Below the pieces are notes generated by a model, which was not told the DNA's origin, searched no databases, and saw nothing but the letters and a program-made list of their open reading frames with translations. A stretch of DNA of 64,000 nt from Lepidodermella squamata. Its lineage: Eukaryota; Animalia; Gastrotricha. The translations under genes were made by a program, and so were the position numbers. The stretch lies in contig JBLDXI010000032.1 of assembly GCA_047495785.1 (NCBI GenBank), positions 1,984,001-2,048,000 on the forward strand. Reading direction: 5' to 3'. Shown here in pieces: positions 46,422-58,005 of the stretch. The number at the start of each line of letters is the position of its first letter. Position 1 is the first letter of the stretch.

Positions 46422-47409
46422 TGATTGGTTCCAATTGAGTGATTCGCCCTTGTGTATGGGTTGGTTAGTTTAACAAGAAGAGTTAGGGTTGGTGTTTATG
46501 GTTGAGGTGAGATGAAAGTGTACCTGGCGAAACAAGTTGAGCGGCCGGTTTGAAATAATAAATAAATCGAAAAGAACTTGATTTTCGGCTCTTTTATTAG
46601 GCGCGCGTGCGCGGTCACAATTTTTTCTTCTCTATTTCGCGTCCGTGCGAGAACGAGAGCGAGAACGAGCGCGGAAGGGGCTACTATAAGATGACGGGCC
46701 ATCGGCCGCCATGGCAGCCGTTGTGTTTGTTTACAGATACGCCGCGCAACGCGGAAGCAACGCCGCCAAGGCGACGGATCGTTGCCGCGGTCACGCACCT
46801 GCGCGTTGCGAAGCGTGACCGCTTATGCGCGCGCATATATATTTCGAAATTATAATATACATCAGCCGCAAATCGCCTAGCACCGGGTGCGATGGCGCCG
46901 GAAAGCGAACGCTAACCACACAATAAAAAGCGGCGATTTATTTAAGACCCATCCCTCGGGCAATGCGATTGGCGATTTCTTAAGGGACTGTCCAAAAAAA
47001 GAACTGGTAAATATAAATAATATAGGTAGTACTAGTTAATTTCAATGCTGGCCGAACTGTTTCCGCTTCGCTTTTCCGCTCGGCCTCACTCACCTGGACA
47101 ACGCTCGTTAGGTACCCATGGCGCTGGTAAATAATACGCATTACTCATATAGCAGCGCTTTGACAGCAGGTGTAAACTTTGAAATTAAATCTTCGAGAAA
47201 AATGGCCATGCGCATAATAAACGTCAATTTTTTATCAAAGTGTCAAAACTTGCACCAGAAGCTGAAAATGCCCTTGAAATTAATAAATCCGAAAATTATG
47301 CTAAAAACGCCCTGGTGTAGTTACAATTTTATTCGAAAAAGCTTATCAGGAGTAAATACGGGGATAAAAGCAGTGAAAGAAAAACGTCCGATCTGCAGCC
47401 TATTTCCGA

Positions 47410-48037
47410 TCAATTATTGCCGAAACCCGTCCAAATTGGCAGGTCCTCAAGATTAGCCGGATAACTCGGCCACGTCGCCCATTCCATTTCGTGTAACATA
47501 GGTAAAACGCCTTCAATGTAAACGTGGGAATTCGGTCCGAAACAAGCTTTGAATTCAATCAGATTTATGTCGAGCTTGTACATGAATTCGGGTAGATAAA
47601 ATTTGCGCGAATATGACCGCGATATGCCAAATTTCGGCTCGTCGATGGTGTGGCTAGCTTCGACGCTAATTGCCCGTTCAGCCGTAATTACGGTCACTGA
47701 AACCTCGTCAGCTCTGAATCCTGTAAACACACGGATAATTTACAAAATAAAATCGTAATTTTTTAAATTTACCTCGAAAATCAAAGGCCAGCCACATTCC
47801 ACGATCACCATTCCGGAACCTTCGAATCGGATTTTTCAGCGTGAAACACTCTTCATCGGAACTCGGACGGCAATGCAGCGAACACATGGCTGAATTACTG
47901 AGATTCATAGAGGATGGACAGCATGTCGACCTGGGTGAGCTGGGTTTTTCGGGTACCAGGCTAGTTAGAGGACCGTATCGAATTTCCTCATCGACCGGTT
48001 CCACGATTTGAAATTCATCAGTAATATCTTCGGACAT
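47410..48037 (-). CDS. Small heat-shock / alpha-crystallin domain protein, paralog 1
   Basis: FTLKNPIRR…WLAFDFRG|FRADEVSVTV…SVEASH…SRSYSRKFYLPE…GPNSHVYIEG; one short intron. Confidence 0.85.
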
Positions 48038-48854
48038 TACTATAAAAATGAAAAATTTATCATTTTAATAATGAGATTCCAGCAATAAATTTTCCAAATT
48101 TCGAAAGTGTCATTTCTTGATCCCTAATACTGAACCTTACAACCCTGGGATTTTTTTTATATTACTATTTTAGGTATGTAGAATAACTTGCCCTCCTTGG
48201 CCTCCTAGTCAATAAATACCGGAAAAATAACTGATTTGTAGAATCGATACTTGGAATCGATTTCGGCTTTGAATTGATCGGCGAAAACGCAAAATAAGCC
48301 AAGAAAGGACGTAGGTATAGGAAATTTGATTAAACGGAGAAGTAGAAAATCTATTTCGGTGAAATTGAGTTGTGGAGCCTCAATTTTGTGACATGTCCTT
48401 GATTATTAGAAATTAGGATTATTAGGATAGGAAAAAGTTTCAAAAGGCTCCACGAAAGTATCTTAAATGAAAGAAATTGAGAAAAAATTATTTTGGAAAA
48501 CATGATTCCCCCCTTCCCTCCCGTCTTCTGGTTTGAAGGAAAGGATTATTTCAAAAGGAAAATTCTTTAGCTGCTTGAGAACTGCTCGCCGGAATAGAAT
48601 TATCACGCACTGGAGCTCTCAATTAATTTTCCAAAATTCAAAATTTTACATCGATCTATTAAAATTCAAAAATAATTTCAACTTGAACTATAAAACAAGC
48701 ATCGTGTTCCTGAAATTGCAACTTTATTGCCTTGATTCCTATTCTGAAATACCGGTGCGACATGCGAAAACAAAAAGTTACACAAGTAACACGGCGCAAT
48801 AAATGATGATCACATTTTAAGGCATCAAGGTCTCTTAGTTTGTAGGAAAATAAT

Positions 48855-49904
48855 TTAGCAGGTCTTGGTGGTGACGGGCTTGGCGCTGTTCCAGGTGTTG
48901 GTCCAGCCGTTGCACGAGGCGTTGTTGGCCCAGGTGTTGTTAGCCCAGGTGTTGTTCCAGTTGTTCCAGTTGTTACCGGCAGCCCAGGTGTTGTTGCCGC
49001 CGAAAGCACCAGAGTTCTTCGAGGTGATGGCAGCCCAGGTCGGGTTCGACCAGTGCGAGACGGTCCAGGGGTAAGCGGGCCAGGACGACCACTCGACTTC
49101 GGCCGTCTTCGGGATGCAACCCTCGACGTAGAAGAAGCAGTCAGGGCCGAAGAAGGACTTGAACTCGATCTTGGTGATGTCGACCTTGCTCAGGCACTCG
49201 GGCAGAACGAACTTGCGGGAGAACTTACGGGTGACCTGGTGCTCCTTCGAGTCCTTGATCTCGTGGGCAGCCTCGATGACAACGGCGCGCTCGGCCTTGT
49301 TGACGGTGACGCAGACTTCCTCAGGCTTGTAGCCTATTTAGAACAAATTGAGATTATAATTTCGAAAAAATTCGATTCAATTACCGCGGAGGTCGAAGCA
49401 GAGCCAGAGGCCGCGGGAGCCATCGGGGAGGGCGCGGATCGGGTTCTTCAGGGTGAAGTACTCGCACTCGCTGCTGGGGCGGAAAGCGGCCGAGCAGAGG
49501 GTGTTGTTCGAGAAGGCGTTCGAGCCGTCGAAGGCGCCGCTCCACGAGTTAGTGAAGCCACCGAAAGCGTTGTCGAAGGTGTTGTTCCAGCCGTTGTTGT
49601 TCCAGTTGTTGAAGCCACCGAAGGTGTTGCCCAGACCGCTGAAGGTGTTGTTCCAGCCGTTGAAGCCACCGAAAGCCTGGTTGTTCCAGGTGTTGTTGTT
49701 CAGACCGTTGAATCCTCCGAAGGTGTTGTTAAGGCCGTTGAAGCCACCGAAGGTGTTGCTAGCGTTGTTCCAGTTGTTCCAGGCACCAGCCGTCGGGGCG
49801 GCGAAGAAGTCCTTGCCGAAGACGGACGAGTACTTGGAGGGGCAGGCGCCGGCGAAAGCGGCGTTCTCGAAACCAGTAGCAGGGTAAGCGTTGAAAGCGG
49901 CCAT
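48855..49904 (-). CDS. Small heat-shock / alpha-crystallin domain protein, paralog 2, with Asn/Gly/Phe/Trp-rich arms
   Basis: Exons 49904-49385 and 49333-48855. Core FDLRG|YKPEEVCVTV…IEAAHE…TRKFSRKFVLPE. N-arm NNTFGGFNGL repeats; C-arm NNTWA/NNWNNW. Strong C-ending codon bias. Confidence 0.9.
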
Positions 49905-50362
49905 TGCTTATGATTTGATACGAACGTAAAAAGTCAAATGAAATAGAAAGCGATTTAAAATGCTTGAAAGAAGCTTGATGATATTAAACTACCTCAAACG
50001 GGCACTTTTTAAAGCCGCGCTGCGCCGTGAACACCTTGTTACGCAACATCAGCGCCTCTCAGGTCGCGTGGGTTAATTGAGCACGCGCTTTCGGCGCGAA
50101 TGCAAAAAATGCACGCGATTTAAAGCGAATAAACTTGATTGAAATCATGCATGTTATTGAGGGATAAAATGAATGAAACATCGTGCTAAAAATAACAGAT
50201 GCCCTCAGTTAGCAGACATTCAGCGCGTGGACAGATAAGAAAAACAAAAAAGACGGGAGACAATATGTTTTGATTGAAAAATCTAGCTATAAACAATTAT
50301 TATATTTCGGGAAAGAACTGATTACGTCCTGATTATTCGAGATTCGAAACATTTTACAACAG

Positions 50363-53300
50363 CTCTTTTGAATGGCTATGGGAATAAAACTACTTTATTT
50401 ATTTTTGCTAATATTGTTCCATATTGAGCAAATTTTATCTCGTGGAAAAGCGATTCAACAAAAGGTTAGGAAGAATGGGGTTAATTTGGCAATTTTTTCA
50501 ATTTTTCAACCGCACTATATTAGAATGAAGACGAAGTGATATTGCGCGACACGTCCGAAGCCCAGCGGTGGCCAAATCCTATAAAATACTCAATCGACTC
50601 TTGTATGATGAATACTATTGTTTCAATCATTCAATAACAATCATTCAATAATCAGCTCTCAACGCTACCGAAAAGCTAACCGTTCAAGATGCCATAAAAT
50701 ATTGGACCACCGACACCTGCATAGTTTTCACCGAGCTGAGGTTGGTTCCTCCAGACGAAAATGGCATAATATTTGAGAAAATATCCGGCTCAAGGTGAGA
50801 TTTTTCCCCTTCCAGGAGCGTATGTGTGATTTTATTTCCTTTTATAAGTGATTGCTATTCCCCGGTCGGCAAAACTGGTTCTAGCCCGCAAAAAATTACC
50901 TTGACAGCTGCATGCATAGACGTTTGTTATTCTGCTGAACTCAGCCCTGTTTAAGTTTCCAATAATTATTCAGCATCCAGGAAAAATAGCGCATGAGATC
51001 GGACACGCTCTTGGATTGGTAAATATTAAAAATTAACATCCCTTGTTTCATGATTATTACTTGGCATCATTTGCAGCAAGATGAAAATAATCGACCTGAT
51101 CGAGATGATTACATTACCATTGATTTCAACCTCCTGCCCAGGTAATTAATAATTTCCGTAAAAAATCGAATAATGACACCCTGTTTTCACCAGCTCGAAG
51201 GTCAGTCAATTCAACAAAGTCATGGATATGGATGTTTGGGAATTGCCGTACGACTTTTCTTCGATAATGCACGCTGAACCTCGCCAACTCGATCGGTCCG
51301 GCGGGCGAAGTCTGATTGTGAAGCCTAAAGACATGACTTTCTTGTTTACAATGGGACAGCGGCGAAAAATTTCACTCAGCGACGGTCAGCGTGCAACTAA
51401 TCAATTTTCGCAATGTGGATGTAAGTGAAATTCTTTCGTCGCGGATCAATCTGATTCCGAATCAGTCTGATAGGCTCAGACGGAAACCTGCCTAATGTTT
51501 TTGAAGCGAATTTCGAAGACTCGATCATTTAGCAGTCGATTTCACACAATTTAATCACGTGTCCTTATTTCAGACAAATTGATTAAATATTGAAAATTAG
51601 GGCATAAGCATGAAATAAGTCTTTGACTTTATGATCAACTTGTTATGAAAAATTTCCTTGAACTTCATTTACCCACGTTTTTATATGAAGCATGAACAAT
51701 GAGGGGGCAGAATTGACGAAGGAAGGTCATACAATTTGTAGCGAAATTATTTCTAATTTCCAATACTCTTCCCATCAATTATTTTTTTGCAATAAAAATA
51801 GGGGAGGGCGACTGCAGCTACGTTTATTGCAATGGCGGTTACAACAATCCCGACTGCTCAGGCTGCGTTTGCCGCCCAGGAATCGACGGGACTCCCATTT
51901 ACGACGATTCAGGCTATGGTAATGGGTGTTTACCTTCACTTCTGCCTTTCGACACGGCCAAGTGTGGCCCAACCCAGCAGTTCAAAGTTGCGGCTTGTTC
52001 CCGCGGCTGGATCGAATTCCCCAAAATCCCATCCTCGTGCCTGTACAACGTTACTACAGTAAAAAAAGTTTTTTCTGCAAAAATAATATTATAAAAAATA
52101 TTGAAATTATCAGACTAAGAAAGGCGCTGGTTTGGCTTTTGGCTTCGATGCCAGGCCGTTCCGTAACACCGAAAATTGCACCAATAGTAAGCATCAAATC
52201 GATACTAATTTTACGACTTTTGACTTCTCTGATTCGCAGCGAATGAACTTTGCGACGACAATAACGTTGTAGAAATAATTGACACGCGTTCAGCATTTGA
52301 ACCAGCGCACAGGTAATTATATCGATTTTGAGTTTTTTAAGGTGGAATTTCAAAAATTATTGTTTCTCAGATTCTGCACATGCAGTGTTGCAAGTGGCCG
52401 TGCTTATGTTACGACATCCGATTCAGTCTTAGTCTACTACAAGCAAAGCGTTGCTACAACCGATCGAACGCGGCTTTTCTTCTACACGCCATGTGAAGGC
52501 TACAACGCTTTCGCGGTAACTGATGAGTGCAAAATCAGTAATAGCGGCTACGACTACATTGGCACAACTGATAACACGTGGAGCAACAAGAAATGCATGG
52601 CGTGGACCAGCCAGACAAAATACGGCCCGTATGACTTACCGTTGGGTAACGTTGCGGCCGGAGGTAGAGCGGCCTGCCGAAACCCGGCGTCGGCGAACGA
52701 CCCGTTCTGTTACGTTGCACCTGGCGTCACGGAAGATTGCTTGACGACAGATCGCTGTGGTAAGTCTTGATATGAGGGGAAACTAATTTTTTGTGTTCCC
52801 AATGATCCGACGAACCAGAAGTACCGAACCAGTTACCATCAGGGGTTTCAGGCTTTGCGCTCTGGTAAATTTCGATTTTCTTGGTAAAAATCCGAGATCA
52901 ATATGGTGGAAAAGTATCCTGTTTTTACGTTCAATTTAAAATTTTCTTGAAAATTTTACAAAATTGCAATGTAAAACTGGTTGTGGAACTGTTGGGACAC
53001 GCTGTGGGGCGTTCCGTAATCTTGTCTAGACGCGCCTTATTGAGAGGATATATTGAATACCAATATCACGGCGAGATTCAATTCATACACGGTGGCCGAA
53101 AAATTCCGCAGAGCGGGAATTCGCTGCGCATCATTTTAATGAGTTTCAAGAAATTGAGCAGTTCCATTGGCAAAACAATGCTTGAAATTCTTCAACTTCT
53201 TAAAACGCCTCATTAAATTGATGCGCAGCGAATTCCCGCTCTGCGGAATTTTTTTGGCCACCCTTTTTGGCCACGCTCGTAAGCTGTATCTTACGAGCGC

Positions 53301-56300
53301 ATGGGCCCTTTAAACAGAACATAAATGAAGTAGAAATTATGCGATATTTACACTATTTGGTACGGCAACAAAACTGCAAATTCGCAGAACAGCGAATGCG
53401 ACGAAACAGTAAAAACTTGCTATGTAAAAGAGGCATCGAGTTTCTGCGGTTATGTCGCAAGTTGAGAAATTTGCTGTTTTGTCGCGTATGCTGTTTTGGG
53501 TATTTGCTGTTATGACGGTCTGCTCACTATTTCTGTCACAGAGCCGTATGTACGATGTGCATTTGCTTCTGATCTGAAATTTTCGTCATGTCGCACACTG
53601 GCTGAGGGCTGCCGAGCTGGTGAAGTTACGGTAAGCTTCGCCTAAAAACTTGAATAAAACCATAACATCAAATTGTCTCTTTTCTAGCTTGATCGACTCA
53701 ACGGAAAGAAGCTAATCCTAATTGATCATTGGCAATGCAGATACGGGGTTGGTTTTTAATCGTAAAAAAACTGTTTTTAATTCTTTTTTAATGAAGGGAG
53801 CGCGATGCTGTTGGTCAGCTGATACGGGGTACTACGTTAGCAGAAGGGAGGGATGCGCGGCTAATGCGTTAGACGTAAAAGCGTCTTTTATTAACTAAAA
53901 TTGAAAGCATAGCCTAACCTTTTCCCCGCAGTTTGCCGCCTCTTCGAAGCCTTATCCTGTGACCTATAGAGAAAATCATAATATTGTACTAAAGTATTGC
54001 TCGGACAAGGTGAATTTCTGAATTTTTTCAAATCACGCAACAAGTTTTCAAACTTTATTTTATAGGTCAACTTGAAGCGTTGTATCAATTCTGATGGCAC
54101 GATAGCGACCTGCGTTTTAAACAGTGAATCTTGCCCATCGAAAACGGTATGAAGCTATTTAGATTTCAACGTCATTTTTTCATGTCCTGCCGCAGACTGT
54201 CGGTGGAACGTTTTCGTCTGCTTCCAATTGTTTCCTTCCGGTAAGAAATATTGAAGAATTTCGTGAACATTTATTGACGTTGAGATGGTGGTTAGTCTGG
54301 GTTCAGAAACTGCTATAAAAGCGGCACCGAATATCGCTGCATTTCGATGTCAAGTCAATGTGGCGCGGGTGAAACTGATGTAAGGCTTTGAACCGATAGC
54401 TGCCTGCTCATATTTGTTAATGAACAACAGCGCGGTGTGTTCAACTCTTCGGCAAATTCGGCTGACAATTACCGCAGCTGCGTTCAATTCGGCTTCGTTC
54501 AATGTACCGATCCTTCGACATTTGATGTTACCTGTAATAACCCTGCCGTCGGTAAGAGCAGCATTAACGGTGATTTCAATGGGTTTGAAGCACGATTTTC
54601 CCAGGATGCAAGGAGCCGCTAGTCATGTCCCGGCGTGGTATCTTCTCGACTAGCAACGAGTGTTTCGAGTTGGAGGCAGCATTCATCCAGGTGGCTCCGA
54701 ACCACACTGGCGATCTATACGACTACAACGATGCCGTAACTCAGTGCGCTATTGCCGGAGGCATTGTTGCTTCTGTGCAAACGTCGTTCGCGTTGAAGAG
54801 AGCCAGGGCTCAGATGCCGTACCCGACTGGCGGGGTGGTGAGTGCTCAGCATGCTCCGAATACGACAACCTATCGCGATTTCTTGTGGTCCGATGGCACG
54901 CCGCTTCTCAATTCCATCGATGGCGAGTGGATTTGGGCGATGGGCGAGCCAAGCGCGAATTGTGATTTTCATTTCATGGCTTTTCCTATTGTATACGCTT
55001 GATCCTTTTCAGATAAGGCTCCTTGTACTACATTTTTGTGGGCGTTTTCTAACGAAGGACCAGTGCGACCCCTCATGTACGATATGCCTTGCGGCAGAAC
55101 AATATTCCTGATCCATACTCTGTGCGAGGTTGAGCAGCACATAGTTTGCCCTTCTTTTAAGGTTTCTTGTCTAGAATGCATTACCTTTATTCTTTTTCAG
55201 GGTTATCGTTATTGCTATACCTATGGTCTCAATCGTTTCCGATGCATCAGGAGGCATGTACGCTGTGATCCTGGAGAACTTGACGTTAGCTTTTCCTGGA
55301 ATTTCAGCTCCAACTTCAATATTGAATTTTTCAGTACGGGCTGTTCGTCTCTTCGCCAGATCCTCTTGTAAACAAACAGACTTGCGAGAACTTCGGTTAC
55401 GTGCAGTGCACTGATCCTAACGACAACGATGCTGTATCATGCTCACCACTAACCGTCGGTATGTGACTCTATTGTCAAACGATTCTGATCCCAACTCCCA
55501 AAACTAAGGTTGTGCATCTCCGAAGTACCGATCTTTCGAGAGGATATTCCCCGATGAGACTTCGTGCTTGCAAACTAGGAAGATGTTCCTGATCGCCTAC
55601 CCATCCCCCCTGAAGGGAAACTTTGAACATGTGGAAGATGCGGAGAAGATTTGCGCTAATCAAGGGACCGTAATAGCATCCGTCACTACGTACAAGCAGT
55701 ACACAGATATATCGCCAATTTATACCGGTTTAAGTGAAGCTTGGGTGAGTGCCCGCCATGTTTCGGGCACCGATTACATTTGGTACGACGGTAAAATGGT
55801 CGAAAACATTCTACCTAACGGCGAGCAACTTTGGGGTTCTGGACAGCCGGATGGTATTTTGATTTTTCTATGAAAATTGCGCCACAGCCGTGAATTTTCT
55901 AGATGGCCGTGGTTGCACAAAGTTAACGGGTCCAGGTCAGAGGCTTGATGACGAAGAGTGCGCTCATTTGAGAGTTCAGCCCGCTCTCTGCGAGAAGTAC
56001 ATTAAACCGGCGGCTAACTATCGATTCTGTTACGCTTATGGCCTAACGTTCCATTGTGTTGAAGAATCGTCCTCTTGCGACCGTGGAGAAGCCGACGTGA
56101 GGATTTTCACCCATTTGTTTGCTACTAATTTACTATTGCTCTTAGTTTGGCGTGATTAATGGTACTGGCAATTCCGCTGAAAACTGGCGCCAGTGCCAGG
56201 CATTCGGCTGGATTCAGTGCACTGATCCTAGCGATTCCAGTGTCTCTTGTGTTTTACGCCCGACCGGTAATTCACAATAACAAAAACCATTTTTGTGCTT

Positions 56301-56877
56301 GATCGATTTTTATTTAGGCTGTGCGTCTCCGTTGATTCAGTCCTTTGACAGAATTTTCGACTCTCAAGATCATTGTCAACGTACGACCAAGTTCTATGCT
56401 GTGAAGACGCCTTACCACAGCGGGCCATTTTACAACTTCGACGATGCTAACAAGCACTGCGACAGTGTGGCGAATGGTTACAGTGGCACCGTCGCTTCTG
56501 CCATCACGTCCGTCGAGCAAACTCGCTTGAGAAATTTCATGTCAGCAAACAACGTGACGAGAACATATGTCAGCGCTCGCAAGGGTAATGGAGGCGCCTA
56601 CTGGTGGTACTTGGGTAGCCGCATTTACCCGTTTTCTGACGGAATAATTCAGTGGGGTGAAAATCAGCCCGACGGAGCTGATGGTAGTTCCAATATATAA
56701 AACTAATTGGCTGATGACTAATTGTTTGAACTTTCATCGATAGGTGGTGATGAATGTACGTCCTATGTTTACAGCACTTACGCTGGGCAGACGACGACTT
56801 ACTATCTCAACGACATTAGCTGCAATGATGCTTCGATGACGCAAGCTGTATGCGAGGCCTACAAACTCAATGCTTGA
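50363..56877 (+). CDS. Astacin-like mosaic protein 1: astacin-EGF-CUB-like-Kringle-(Cys module + C-type lectin)x3; start codon not located
   Basis: Many short exons: RWPNPIKYSID; WTTDTCIVF; DCYSPVG; HEIGHALGL|QDENNRPDRDDYI; PYDFSSIMHA; MGQRRKISLSD; CNGGYNNPDCSGCVC; Kringle (SGYDYIGT…CMAW…CRNP…PFCY); three CTLDs. Stop at 56875-56877. Confidence 0.85.
53088..53264. mobile_element. MITE family B, copy 2 (opposite orientation)
   Basis: Same long TIRs and reverse-complement interior as 24895-25074; right end damaged. Confidence 0.88.
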
Positions 56878-58005
56878 ATAATTCTATATATTGATGGCTC
56901 AGAATCAGAAGAGCTTCGCCGCTCACTTCAAAAACATGAAATTACCCAAAATTTGTCAATCGACAACATATTAATGCATAGTCATATGAATGCGAGAAGT
57001 TTATATTTGAAATAATGTCGCATGTAGCTGGCATTGAGCCAGTTGTCTGTCTGATGTTAATGTCTTATTTAAAGTCATCATTAAAAACCGAAAATATATT
57101 TTGGAAAACGCATGGAACTCCATAGTAATAAAATGCTCACGACTTCATTAGAAAATGGCTTTATAATTTGGTGCATATGCAAATGAGGTCACTGATATCT
57201 AATAGTCGAGTATGATCCGAGGAACAGCAGCGATCCACTCATTTGATCGCTTTTTGGGACATTCTAGGGTGAAGAATCTCGTTAGCAATCAACAACCTCT
57301 GCCGCACAAACATATCATCAGCCTGAAACATAACGTCGTCTCGATTCGGCCCAGTTTCAAACATTTTTCGCAATAACTGCTTCCTGGATTTATGGGAACT
57401 TCAAGACTGTTTTGCTTGCAATACGATATCAGTTGCAACATCGTTAACAGCACACACTGGTTATATCGACAATTTTGAATTTGCGTAAGGGTCAGATAGA
57501 TTAGAGACAGACCTGGCGCCTATCAAATGTCCCATTTTATTTCCGGTTTACACAAATGAGTGCTGATCGCTTTTATGTGGTCATTCATTCATAAATGCAT
57601 GCCCCAAATCGAATGAACAACCAATTTGAAATTTGATTGAACATTAATTTTCACGTTAAAATGCCCACGATTCAACACATTCAACACACATTCGGGTAAA
57701 AATTCCAACCATCCCGTCCCGATTTGGAGCAATACCTATACCCACCGTCTGAGGACATGCTGTTTAGAAATAGCTCTAACCTCGAGATTCCGTACAAAAC
57801 ATGATGGTTATAACCTTGTTTCCGCCATCGTTTGCTTGTATCCGGACTCATTGTTCGATATAAAAAATATATCGGCGAAACACGTGCCAATCGACTTTTA
57901 TGGCTGCCAGACTACTAAATATTCACGCGATTAACAAAAAGGTCATGTCTGGTTTTCAAATTTTCAAAGAAAAGAGAAGTCATTTATTTGACTGGTGACA
58001 AAAAG

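Noticed and set aside
49053-49913. 286-aa plus-strand ORF
   Set aside because: Antisense mirror of the strongly codon-biased sHSP gene; it reads through that gene's intron.
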